Source: an uncultured Gemmatimonadales bacterium
GTDB taxonomy: Bacteria; Gemmatimonadota; Gemmatimonadetes; Longimicrobiales; RSA9
DNA length: 64,000 nucleotides
Direction: 5' to 3'
Assembly (NCBI GenBank): GCA_963783305.1
Contig: CAWAMW010000002.1
Span: 384,001 to 448,000 of the forward strand
Shown: piece by piece, positions 46,693 to 55,607 of the stretch
Layout: each line of letters starts with the position of its first letter
Numbering within the stretch: the stretch's first letter is position 1
The notes under the pieces: generated by a model
What the model was told of the DNA's origin: nothing
What the model saw: the letters and a program-made list of their open reading frames with translations, nothing else
Databases searched by the model: none
Program-made: the position numbers and the translations under genes

Positions 46693-49569
46693 ATGACACC
46701 GACGTCCGCCTGCCGGTCGATCGTTCTGCCCGCACTCCTCCTCGCGGCCGTAGCCGCCGCCGCGCCCGCCGCGGCTCAGACCCTCTCCCACACCCGGGCA
46801 GACTGGAAGCAGGTCGAGACGGAGCACTTCCTCTTCCTCTACCCCGAGGAGCTCTCCGACTGGACGCTGGACATGGCGGCCCGGATGGAGGCGGTACACG
46901 CGGCCGTGGAGGAGATGGTGGGGTTCGCACCCGAGGACCGGGTGACCGTGCTCGTAGACGATCCGGGGAACGTGTCGAACGGGTCCATGAACCCGGGGCC
47001 GCTCCTCTACATGTGGCCCACACCGCCGAACCCGCGGTCCGTCATAGGGGAGAACCGCGGCTGGGGGGAGATCCTGGCGGTGCACGAGTTCACGCACGCC
47101 GCCCACCTCACGCGCCCCTCGCGGAACCCACTCGGCCGTCTGGTCGAGTCGGTGCTCCCTCTCCCCGTCACCAACCTCATGTGGACCACCCCTCGCTGGG
47201 CCACGGAGGGATACGCCACGTACATCGAGGGTCGCCTGACCGGCAGCGGCCGACCCCACGGCGTCTGGCGTCCGGCCGTGCTGCGGACCTGGGCGCTGGA
47301 AGGACAGCTGCCGACGTACGGCCAGGTGAGCGGGAGCTCCGGCTTCTTCGGCGGCTCCATGGCCTACCTCGTCGGGTCCGCGTACCTGGAGTGGCTGGTG
47401 GAGCGCGAGGGCGGGGACGAGGCGCTGCTGCCGAACGTATGGCGGCGGCTCACAGCCCGGCAGAAACGCTCCTTCGACGGCGCGTTCACCGGCGTGTTCG
47501 GTGCGCCGCCCGCCGAGCTCTATGGCCACTTCACCGTCGATGTCACGGAGCGGGCCCTGGCCGTTGGCGACGCGGTGGAGGCGGCCGGCGGCGTGGTCGA
47601 TGGCGAGCTCTTCCAGCGGCTGAGCTGGTACGTCGGCGACCCGGCCGTCTCGCCGGATGGCGCGAGCCTGGCCATCCAGCTGGACTCCCGGGACGGACCG
47701 TCGCGCCTGGTGGTCATGGCCACCACGCCGGACACGCTCACCACAAAGGCGCGGGAGCGGTACGAGGAGATCTTCGAGGCCGACCCCGAAGACGTGGAGC
47801 CCGTCCAGCGGCGTCCCCGCCCGCAGTCCCCGAAAGCCACCCTGCACCCGACCCTGGGCCAGTCGTACCGCGCGCCGGCGTGGATGCCGGACGGCGGGGG
47901 CATCCTGGTGATCCGCAACGACGTGGAGGACAACGGCCGCCTGAGGCCCGACCTCTTCCTGTGGCGCTGGGACGACGGCGGCGTCCAACGGATCACCCGC
48001 GGCGCCGCCATCCGCGAGGCCGCGCCCGCCCCCGACGGGACCTGGGCCGTGGGGCTCCGCTGCCTCCACGCCGCCTGCGACATCGTGCGCATCGAGCTGG
48101 ACGACGGCGCGGTCACACCCCTCACCCACACCGATCCGCTCCGGCCGTACTACCACCCCCGGGTGTCACCCGACGGTCGCACGATCGTCGCCAGCGTCCA
48201 GCAGGAAGGCGCGTGGCGGCTCGTGGCCATGAACGCCGATGGCTCCGGCGAGCACCCCATCGGGCCCGATGATGGCGCCGCCCGCTTCGACGCCGAGTTC
48301 CTGGCGGACGGGCGCCTCGTGGTCACCAGCACGCTCGGCGGGATCCACGACATCGAGCTGCTGGACCCGGCCACCGGCGATCTTGCACCGGTTACGCGTG
48401 TGGTCGGGTCGGCCGTGGCGCCGACTGCCGGGCTCCAGGAGCCGTCCGACATCTTCTTCCTGTCGCTCCACAGCCGCGGCTGGGACCTCCGCCGCCTGCC
48501 CCTCGACGCGCCGCCCGCCGCGCCCGTGGTCCGCACGGACCCCGCGCTCTCCCCCGCCGCGATGGTCCCCACCGCCCCCGCCGACACCTTCCCGGCCGCG
48601 CCGCTGGGGGCCGTCCGACCCTACGGCCTGGGGCCGCGATCGCGGATCCTCCTGCCCATGGGGTACGCCGGGCCCGACGGGTACGCCGCGGGGCTCGGCC
48701 TGGGCGGCACCGATCCCATCGGCCGCTTCTCATGGCAGCTCCAGGGCATGCTGGGAACCGACCGCTCCCCCACGGGCGGCGCTCTCCGGCTGCGCTATCG
48801 AGGGCTCCGGCCGTGGATCCACCTCGAGGGCTTCTGGACCCGCGAGGCTCTCACCACCCCTGCGCTGACTCCGGACGACGAGGACGAATTCTACGGCGGG
48901 TTCGCCGCCCTCGAGCTCCAGGCCAGGCGCCTGGCCATGGACCACGCGCTCCGCATGGGGGGCTCGGCCGCCAGGGTGGCTACCCACGACGGCGACCGCC
49001 TGCTGGGGTTCGGGGAGTACGACCTCTCGCTCCGGCAGGGCCCGGGCTACTGGCGGGTGACGGAATCCGTCGGCGCCCACGGCGCCCTCGGCCGCACGGA
49101 CGCCACCGACTGGAACCGGTGGGTCGTCACCGGCGCTTTCGGCCTCTGGTTCGGCGACCGCGGTCTCGATCTCGCCGCGACGCTGGGCGGAACCGACGCC
49201 GCGCCCGGATCGCTGGAGGCGTTCTCCGTCGGCGGGATCGAGCCGATGTTATTCGACCCCGCCGTGCTCTCCCAGCGCATCGCCATGCCAGCGTTGGAGC
49301 GCGGCACGCTCCACGGCGATCGGGTCACCACCTTCACGGCCGAGCTCCACGAGGTGCTGCCCGTGACCGCCTTCTACTGGACCGCTGACGCGGTGGGAGA
49401 CGGGCTCGGCTGGTACCGTCTGGCGGGCCTCCGGCTGGACCTGGAGACTCCCACCATCGCGTTCGTGCGGCTCCCCGCCGTCCGCATGAGAGCCGGACTG
49501 GCACGGCTCCTCGACAACCCTGGTGAGGGAGATTGGCGCGCGTGGCTCATGCTCGGATACCTGCCCTGA
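46693..49569 (+). CDS. Large exported protein: gluzincin-like domain, TolB-like beta-propeller, C-terminal beta-barrel-like region
   Basis: Signal peptide; WKQVETEHF; HEFTH...PRWATEGYA; PD40-like PAVSPDG, PAWMPDG and PRVSPDG; amphipathic C-terminal strands. Confidence 0.75.
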   Translation: MTPTSACRSIVLPALLLAAVAAAAPAAAQTLSHTRADWKQVETEHFLFLYPEELSDWTLDMAARMEAVHAAVEEMVGFAPEDRVTVLVDDPGNVSNGSMNPGPLLYMWPTPPNPRSVIGENRGWGEILAVHEFTHAAHLTRPSRNPLGRLVESVLPLPVTNLMWTTPRWATEGYATYIEGRLTGSGRPHGVWRPAVLRTWALEGQLPTYGQVSGSSGFFGGSMAYLVGSAYLEWLVEREGGDEALLPNVWRRLTARQKRSFDGAFTGVFGAPPAELYGHFTVDVTERALAVGDAVEAAGGVVDGELFQRLSWYVGDPAVSPDGASLAIQLDSRDGPSRLVVMATTPDTLTTKARERYEEIFEADPEDVEPVQRRPRPQSPKATLHPTLGQSYRAPAWMPDGGGILVIRNDVEDNGRLRPDLFLWRWDDGGVQRITRGAAIREAAPAPDGTWAVGLRCLHAACDIVRIELDDGAVTPLTHTDPLRPYYHPRVSPDGRTIVASVQQEGAWRLVAMNADGSGEHPIGPDDGAARFDAEFLADGRLVVTSTLGGIHDIELLDPATGDLAPVTRVVGSAVAPTAGLQEPSDIFFLSLHSRGWDLRRLPLDAPPAAPVVRTDPALSPAAMVPTAPADTFPAAPLGAVRPYGLGPRSRILLPMGYAGPDGYAAGLGLGGTDPIGRFSWQLQGMLGTDRSPTGGALRLRYRGLRPWIHLEGFWTREALTTPALTPDDEDEFYGGFAALELQARRLAMDHALRMGGSAARVATHDGDRLLGFGEYDLSLRQGPGYWRVTESVGAHGALGRTDATDWNRWVVTGAFGLWFGDRGLDLAATLGGTDAAPGSLEAFSVGGIEPMLFDPAVLSQRIAMPALERGTLHGDRVTTFTAELHEVLPVTAFYWTADAVGDGLGWYRLAGLRLDLETPTIAFVRLPAVRMRAGLARLLDNPGEGDWRAWLMLGYLP

Positions 49570-49577
49570 GAGCCGCC

Positions 49578-50438
49578 ATGCGGCCCCTCGCGGTGGGCAC
49601 GCTCGTCCTCGCGCTGATCGTGCCGCTCGCCCGCCCGGCGAGCGCTCAGGGCGCGGCGGCGTACTCGGGTTGGCTGTTCCCGGAGCGCTCGCTCCTTCCC
49701 GACCTCCTCGCGGCGCCGCGGGAGCCGGCCACCCGCGGGCAGCTCGTCTATTCGGACCCGGACCCCACCGCGTTCGGGCCCGGGACGTCGGGCGAAGTGG
49801 TCGTTTCCGGCACCATCCCGCTGGTCCTGCTGGCGGGCCATGACCCCGGCGACGCCGTGGTCCTCGGCGTCACCGGGGCGGCGTTCGCTCGCTTCTCCTT
49901 CGAGGTCGTGACGCGGGAGCTGGTGAACACCGACTGGGTCTTCGCGGTCCCGCTCGTGTGGCACCGTGGCCCCCACTGGGTACAGCTCCGGTACTACCAC
50001 ACCAGCAGCCACCTGGGCGACGAGTACCAGCGCCGGTTCGGGCCGTCCAGCATCAACTTCTCCCGGGACGGCGCAGACCTGACGCTGTACGCCCGACCCG
50101 CCGCCACCAGGGAGATCGGGCTCGGCCTCTACGCCGGCGGCCTCTGGTCCCTCAACTCGCACCCGGAGGAATCGCGACGCTGGCGCGGCCGTGCGGGGTT
50201 GGAGCTGGACCCGTGGGAAGGCGCGCTCTGGCGCCCATTCGCCGCGGTCGACCTCGAGCTGGAGGAGGGCACCGCCCACGGCCCCCGCACCACGGTGCAG
50301 GCCGGCCTGTGGCTCCCCCGCGCCAACGACCGGCCGCTCCGCCTTGCAGTCGAGCTCATCAGCGGGCCCTCCGCCATGGGCCAGTTCACCCGCTACCGAA
50401 CTCGCCGCGCCGCCCTCGGCCTGCACTGGAACCCCTGA
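49578..50438 (+). CDS. DUF1207-like outer-membrane protein
   Basis: Signal peptide; LLAAPREP, LVNTDW and RYYHTSSHLGDEY. Confidence 0.75.
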   Translation: MRPLAVGTLVLALIVPLARPASAQGAAAYSGWLFPERSLLPDLLAAPREPATRGQLVYSDPDPTAFGPGTSGEVVVSGTIPLVLLAGHDPGDAVVLGVTGAAFARFSFEVVTRELVNTDWVFAVPLVWHRGPHWVQLRYYHTSSHLGDEYQRRFGPSSINFSRDGADLTLYARPAATREIGLGLYAGGLWSLNSHPEESRRWRGRAGLELDPWEGALWRPFAAVDLELEEGTAHGPRTTVQAGLWLPRANDRPLRLAVELISGPSAMGQFTRYRTRRAALGLHWNP

Positions 50439-50441
50439 CAG

Positions 50442-50602
50442 GTCGCTGAAAAAGGCAGTGGGCGGGAGCGAACGGCCGCTTGCCGCCAGGGTACGCACAG
50501 GTACGGGCCCGGTACCTTCGACGCCGCGCCAGCGGGTCCCGCAGGGAGCGGAGCGACCGGAGGGATCGACCCCGACCCGCCTCCCCCCGCCGTTTCAGCG
50601 AC
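50442..50602. mobile_element. MITE-like non-coding element with terminal inverted repeats
   Basis: GTCGCTGAAA (50442-50451) and TTTCAGCGAC (50593-50602) are perfect inverted ends; ~160 bp, intergenic, no ORF. Confidence 0.55.
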
Positions 50603-50606
50603 GCGC

Positions 50607-50646
50607 AAAGAGAAAGCGCCGGGCCCTTTCGGACCCGGCGCCTCTC
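50607..50646 (-). terminator. Rho-independent terminator of the hexaheme cytochrome gene
   Basis: GCGCCGGG...CCCGGCGC stem followed on the minus strand by TTTCTCTTT. Confidence 0.7.
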
Positions 50647-50694
50647 GCTCCCCTCCCAGGAATCTACTCCAGGGAGATCAGCTTTTCAGCGGAC

Positions 50695-51825
50695 TTACTC
50701 GCAGACCGCCGAGTTCGCCTGCATGTACTGCAGCGTGTTCTCCAGCATGGCCACCGTGAAATTCGGGTGGTGCACGCCATGGCTGCCGTCGTAGTGGAAC
50801 AGCTCGAAATTCACCATCGCCGCTGCGAACGGCTCCGGGTACGTACCGACGATCGGGTGACCCGTCTCGTCGAGCAGCCCCTCGGCCTGGAGACAGACCT
50901 CGAGCTCGTGCAGCAGGCCCTCGACCGTCGTGGCGATGCCATTCAGATCGAAGTCGGTGCCCGAAGCCGTCGAGTGACAGTCCTCACACACCCCGGCCGT
51001 GACATTGAAGCTGTGGCTGCCGGTCGTGGGCGAGACATTGTCCCAGTCCATGTGGCAGCCCGTGCAGGTGTACGTGTTCCCGTGCGTCATCTTGCCCGTC
51101 GGGATCGTACGGTCGCCGTCGAACATCATCTCGTCCGGGACCGCCGCCGCCAGCACGTTCCCCTGCGTCCCGTAGTGCGGGCCGAAGTGGGTGCTGGTGA
51201 CATTGAATGTAGCCTCCATCGACGCGCTCGCCGACGGCCATTCGCTGTCGCGGCCCTGGTGACAGGTGGCGCACAGGTTGCCCTGGTACGTCTCGCCGTC
51301 ACGGGTACCGTTGAAGTCCACCGTGGTGCCCGTGAGGCGGACCTCGACCGGGTCGGTGGTCATCAGCGCGTAATCGCCGATCTCGAAATCGCCGTCGCCA
51401 TCCACATCGCTATGAACGTTGTGACAGGTGCGGCAGTTCATCGTGGTGTAGCCATGCGTCCAGTCGGCTTCCATGTCCGTCGTGAACTCCACGAAGCCCT
51501 GGTGCGTATGGCACATCACGCACGAGCCGCCGGCGTAGTCCGGCCCGCGCAGCTCGTAGTTGCCCGGTCCATGGGCGGACTGATCGAACTGGAACTCGAC
51601 CGCGACAATGGTCGCGTCCGAGCTATGACAGTCCGAACAGGTGTTGAGGGCGTTCTGACCCGGCTCGCCCGGTGCTCCCGGTGCTCCAGGTGTGCCTGGC
51701 GCTCCCGGTGCGCCCGGCTCACCCTCCGGACCAGTCGGACCCTGCGGTCCCTCGGGGCCCTCACAGGCCACCATGGAAAACGCAAGGAACGTCGCCCCCA
51801 CTAGAAGGGGTAGCTTTTTGATCAT
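50695..51825 (-). CDS. Hexaheme c-type cytochrome lipoprotein with collagen-like stalk
   Basis: MVAC lipobox; 12 Gly-X-Y triplets; CxxCH x6 (CSDCH, CVMCH, CRTCH, CATCH, CTGCH, CEDCH); C-terminal DGSHGVHHP; GGAGG RBS. Confidence 0.9.
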   Translation of the reverse strand: MIKKLPLLVGATFLAFSMVACEGPEGPQGPTGPEGEPGAPGAPGTPGAPGAPGEPGQNALNTCSDCHSSDATIVAVEFQFDQSAHGPGNYELRGPDYAGGSCVMCHTHQGFVEFTTDMEADWTHGYTTMNCRTCHNVHSDVDGDGDFEIGDYALMTTDPVEVRLTGTTVDFNGTRDGETYQGNLCATCHQGRDSEWPSASASMEATFNVTSTHFGPHYGTQGNVLAAAVPDEMMFDGDRTIPTGKMTHGNTYTCTGCHMDWDNVSPTTGSHSFNVTAGVCEDCHSTASGTDFDLNGIATTVEGLLHELEVCLQAEGLLDETGHPIVGTYPEPFAAAMVNFELFHYDGSHGVHHPNFTVAMLENTLQYMQANSAVCE

Positions 51826-52079
51826 GTGTGTCTCGCCTCCCTGACGGGTGCTTGAAATGAGGATGCTGCATCCTGCGCCCGTTTCCCATCGTGACCCGCT
51901 GCGCACGTCCTCCTGAACGTGTCAACCGTAAGGCGTTGGAGGCGTCCTCACCCCCTGCCGATGCCATGCGGCGAGTTCTCACGCCCTGGGTTCGGGACGT
52001 GCCACAACCTAGGATTCGCGCACCGGCGGCGCTATACGGGATCGATTGACTCTTTGGGTGGGGGATCGCCCTACAGCAC

Positions 52080-52760
52080 CTAAAACGCGCGCCAGCTCAG
52101 CCCCGCCGTCCAGCTCACGTCGTGCTGAGTGTCGTCCCAGTAGTCGCTCACCGCGTCCCGCGCCTGGAGGTCCAGCCGCAGCCGGCGCATGAGCGGGATC
52201 ACCGCCCCGCCCCCGACGTTCACCACCAGCGACGTGCCATCCTCCGGCGCCACCACCGCGTCGGGGGCACCCTCGAGGGCGCTGTTGTCGAACGCGTAGA
52301 TCTTCCCGCCGAGCCCGGCGGTGGCGTACGGTTGCACGCCGAGAGGGAGCCGGAGTCGGGTCGGAAAGGCCACGTCCAGGCTGACGATAGTGATGTCGGT
52401 GGGCACCCACCAGTACCGGCGCACCACGTTGGGCGGCGTGAACGGGCCGGAGTTCAGGATGGCGAAGGCGAGGTAGGTGTCGGTGTCGAGGGTGCGGAGC
52501 ACGGTGCCGCGGATCCAGACCCCGGTATCGCCCACCTCCAGCTCGGCTGTCAGCCCCACCACGCTGGTCCGGAGCACCGCCGCCTCCGTCCACTCCATCG
52601 GCCCCTCGCCCAGCTGGGTGACCTCGTAGTAGAACCAGTCGGCGGGCGTCAGCACCCCCGCCTGCGGCGTGAGCCGAAGCTTCAGGTCGACCTGCCCGGC
52701 GCCGGCGGAGGGAAACAGCAGTAGAGCGGCCAGGGCCGCCGTCGCGATCCGTGGTGTCAT
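52080..52760 (-). CDS. Small outer-membrane beta-barrel protein
   Basis: Signal peptide; QPYATAGLG; terminal WTAGLSWRAF. Confidence 0.72.
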   Translation of the reverse strand: MTPRIATAALAALLLFPSAGAGQVDLKLRLTPQAGVLTPADWFYYEVTQLGEGPMEWTEAAVLRTSVVGLTAELEVGDTGVWIRGTVLRTLDTDTYLAFAILNSGPFTPPNVVRRYWWVPTDITIVSLDVAFPTRLRLPLGVQPYATAGLGGKIYAFDNSALEGAPDAVVAPEDGTSLVVNVGGGAVIPLMRRLRLDLQARDAVSDYWDDTQHDVSWTAGLSWRAF

Positions 52761-52881
52761 TGTCGTGCGCGGCTCGGGTGTCTGAACGTTCTGCTCGGTT
52801 CGTGTTCCGGGAAGGTATCCGAACGCCGCGCCGTTGGGAATCGGGGTTTTCCCCACTTCGTGAAGGGTACATCTTGGTACC

Positions 52882-53403
52882 ATGAGACCCTCACCCGACC
52901 CCATCGCCCTCGCCTCGCTCGAATCGCCGCTCGGCACACTGCTGGCCGGCGCCACTCCCAGCGCCCTGGTCCTTCTGGTCTTCGAGCGGCCCGAGGAGGG
53001 CGAGCGCCAGCTGGCGGAGCTCACCCGCATGGCGGGATGTCCCACCGTACCGGGGGAGAACGCGGTAACCCGTCGAGTGGGCGCGGAGCTCACGGAGTAC
53101 TTCAACGGCGAGCGGCGCGACTTCACGGTCCCGCTTCAGCTGCGTGGCACCCCGTTCCAGGCGGCTGTCTGGGAATCGCTGCGACGGATCCCGTACGGGG
53201 AGACCTGGAGCTACGGTCAGCAGGCGCGGAGCATCGGGCGGCCACGGGCGGTCCGAGCGGTGGCGCAGGCGAACGGCGCGAACCGCATCAGCCTCATCGT
53301 GCCCTGCCACCGCGTCATCGGCGCGGATGGAAGTCTGACGGGCTACGGCGCGGGCGTCTGGCGGAAGGAGAAGCTGCTGGAGCTGGAGCGGGGCGTCGCC
53401 TGA
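52882..53403 (+). CDS. ogt: Methylated-DNA-[protein]-cysteine S-methyltransferase
   Basis: GTPFQAAVW, IPYGETWSY, RAVAQANGAN and the PCHRV active site. Confidence 0.95.
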   Translation: MRPSPDPIALASLESPLGTLLAGATPSALVLLVFERPEEGERQLAELTRMAGCPTVPGENAVTRRVGAELTEYFNGERRDFTVPLQLRGTPFQAAVWESLRRIPYGETWSYGQQARSIGRPRAVRAVAQANGANRISLIVPCHRVIGADGSLTGYGAGVWRKEKLLELERGVA

Positions 53404-53406
53404 ACG

Positions 53407-54885
53407 CTACTCGCCCTCGGCGACCGAGCCCACCATCCTCCGACTGCTCCCGTTCTCGATCCCGGAGAGGAGGTAGTCGATCACCTCGTCGGCGGTGTAG
53501 TGGGTGCGGCCCTCCGTGAAGCGCTGGATCCGCTCGAGGTCGTCGCCACTGGTGACGATGGGTCGCTCCGGACCGTCCTTCCGCATCTGCGGGTGCCCCA
53601 CATCCGCCATGAGCGCGTTGCACAGACACTTCCGACCCACCGTGTCCTCTTCCCTGCCGCCCTTCTTCGTGAACGTCTTCACCGGCTCGGCCGCGCAGCG
53701 ATAGTCCACCCGGCCATCATCGCGCTTGTACGCCGTCCGCAGGTACCCCAGGTCGCACACTCTCTTGCGCCTCTCGTACTGCTCGGGGCTCGCGTTCGTG
53801 CCCTGGATCTGGACTACCTTGAACGGGAACCCGGTGGGTGACGCCCGCAGGTCGGTCTTCACGTCGATCTCACCCGCGTGCACCTGCTCCAGCACCGTCT
53901 TCTTCACCCCGTCCTCGATCCCGCTCTCGTCCGCGTACGCGAACAACGTCCCGACCTGGACGCCGGCCGCACCCGCCGCGAGCGCCTCCTCCAGGTGCTC
54001 GGGCGACCCCGTGCCGCCGGCGAGCCAGAACGGGAGCCCGATCTCAGCCATGGCCGCCGGGTCCACCAGGTCCCGCTCGCCGTACACCGGCTCGCCCCGC
54101 TCGTCTACCTGCAGCTGCCCCCGGGGCGGCGCGTTGTGCCCGCCCGCCGTGGGCCCCTCCACTACGAAGCCGTCCACCCGTCCCGTTGCCTTCCGCACCA
54201 GCATGGACGCCAGCACGTGCGAGGACACGATGGGCAGGAAGCGCGGCCGCTTCAGCTCCGGCGGTGTGTCGAAGTGATCCCCCGGATCGAACGTCAGGTG
54301 CTCCGACTCACCCTTCCCGAGTCCCTCCACCGAGAGCTTCATCTGCGCCTGCCGACCTTCCGCGAACGCGTCCAGGGCGCCCGGAATCTCGCGAGGGATC
54401 CCGGCTCCCATCAGCACGTAGTCGACGCCGGCCATCATGGCACCATAGAGCGTGGCGAGGTTGGGCATCTCGACCTTGGTCAGCAGGTTGATCCCCACCG
54501 GCCCGTCGTGCCCTTCCTTCGCCAGGTAGACCTCTGCGAAGCTGGCGAGCATGGTGATCTGCTCCCGCGCCTTCGAGACGGTCTGTCGCCACATCGAGAG
54601 GAGCTTGTAGGAGGCGCCCTCCTCGAGGCCGTCGGGCAGGAAATACTCCCTCAGCGCCTCCGCGCTCACCTCCGGCATCGGGAACGCCTCCATGGCCCGG
54701 CGCATGTGCCCACCCGGATCGCCATCCTGGAGCCGGCGAACGAAGAGCGAATCGATGCATGTGCCCGAGACCACGCCCATCTGACCGCGTAGAGCGACCG
54801 CGCGCGCCAACACCCAGTTGGAGACGCCGATGCCCATGCCCCCCTGAATGATCGGAGGGTAGGAGTACGCAGCCGTTGCTGTCAT
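53407..54885 (-). CDS. Nitronate monooxygenase / FabK-like FMN oxidoreductase with Cys-rich C-terminus
   Basis: IIQGGMGIGVS, MGAGIP, EGPTAGGH, GVQVGTLF, SPTGFPFK and CDLGYL..RC..KCLCNAL. Confidence 0.88.
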   Translation of the reverse strand: MTATAAYSYPPIIQGGMGIGVSNWVLARAVALRGQMGVVSGTCIDSLFVRRLQDGDPGGHMRRAMEAFPMPEVSAEALREYFLPDGLEEGASYKLLSMWRQTVSKAREQITMLASFAEVYLAKEGHDGPVGINLLTKVEMPNLATLYGAMMAGVDYVLMGAGIPREIPGALDAFAEGRQAQMKLSVEGLGKGESEHLTFDPGDHFDTPPELKRPRFLPIVSSHVLASMLVRKATGRVDGFVVEGPTAGGHNAPPRGQLQVDERGEPVYGERDLVDPAAMAEIGLPFWLAGGTGSPEHLEEALAAGAAGVQVGTLFAYADESGIEDGVKKTVLEQVHAGEIDVKTDLRASPTGFPFKVVQIQGTNASPEQYERRKRVCDLGYLRTAYKRDDGRVDYRCAAEPVKTFTKKGGREEDTVGRKCLCNALMADVGHPQMRKDGPERPIVTSGDDLERIQRFTEGRTHYTADEVIDYLLSGIENGSSRRMVGSVAEGE

Positions 54886-55114
54886 GATTCCGAGGGTAGG
54901 GGGATTGTAACGCGGTACTGTCCAGTGCTTTCGCACCTCAACCATAACCGCCGTCCACTGGCCCGGCAACGGAGATAACCTGCCAGACCCGTGCCTGTTC
55001 CACCGGATGAGCGTGCAGACGCGCGCGCCGAACGGGGAAAGGGCCGGCGAGCGGCTGGCTCGTCGGCCCTCTCGAGTTCTGGAAGCGGCCGGACCAGCGC
55101 CGCTCGGACGTTGC

Positions 55115-55573
55115 TCAGCCGCCGGTGGTCGTCGGCATGGCAGCGCTGTCGCCCATCGGCATCGTCGGGTGTCCCTGGGGCATGCCCGGCGCACGCGCGG
55201 TGCTGTCTGTGGCCGCCTCGTGCATCCGGCCGAGCCCCGGCGAGAGCTCCTCGGAACGTGCCAGCGCCTCGGCGGCCGCCTCCTCGTTGCCCATGGCACG
55301 CTCCGCCATGGACAGACCGAACCAGGCCACCCCCAGCTCCGGCTGCTCTTCCGTGATGGACCGGAAGATGTCCGCGGCCTCCTGGTAATCGCCCGCCGCA
55401 TAGGCGGTGTTCGCGTCATCCACGCGCGCCGTCAGCTCCGGCGACCAGTTCGCCCGCGCGTCGGCCCGCTCCTGCTGCTGCGGCGCGCCCAGCTCCACGC
55501 GCTCCCCCTCTTCTCCACCGCACGCCACCACGCCCGCCAGCGCCACGGTCCAGACCAAGCTCGAAAATTTCAC
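55115..55573 (-). CDS. TPR-containing lipoprotein with C-terminal PxGHP motif
   Basis: GTG start with GGAG RBS; VVACGG lipobox; TPR ANTAYAAGDYQEA/AWFGLSMA; MPQGHP. Confidence 0.78.
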   Translation of the reverse strand: MKFSSLVWTVALAGVVACGGEEGERVELGAPQQQERADARANWSPELTARVDDANTAYAAGDYQEAADIFRSITEEQPELGVAWFGLSMAERAMGNEEAAAEALARSEELSPGLGRMHEAATDSTARAPGMPQGHPTMPMGDSAAMPTTTGG

Positions 55574-55607
55574 GCTACGACTCCTCATTTCCATGATATG
55601 AACCCGA

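Noticed and set aside
51905..51930. FNR/CRP box upstream of the hexaheme gene
   Set aside because: TGA-N5-TCA spacing does not fit TTGAT-N4-ATCAA. A minus-strand TTGACA is present but no convincing -10.
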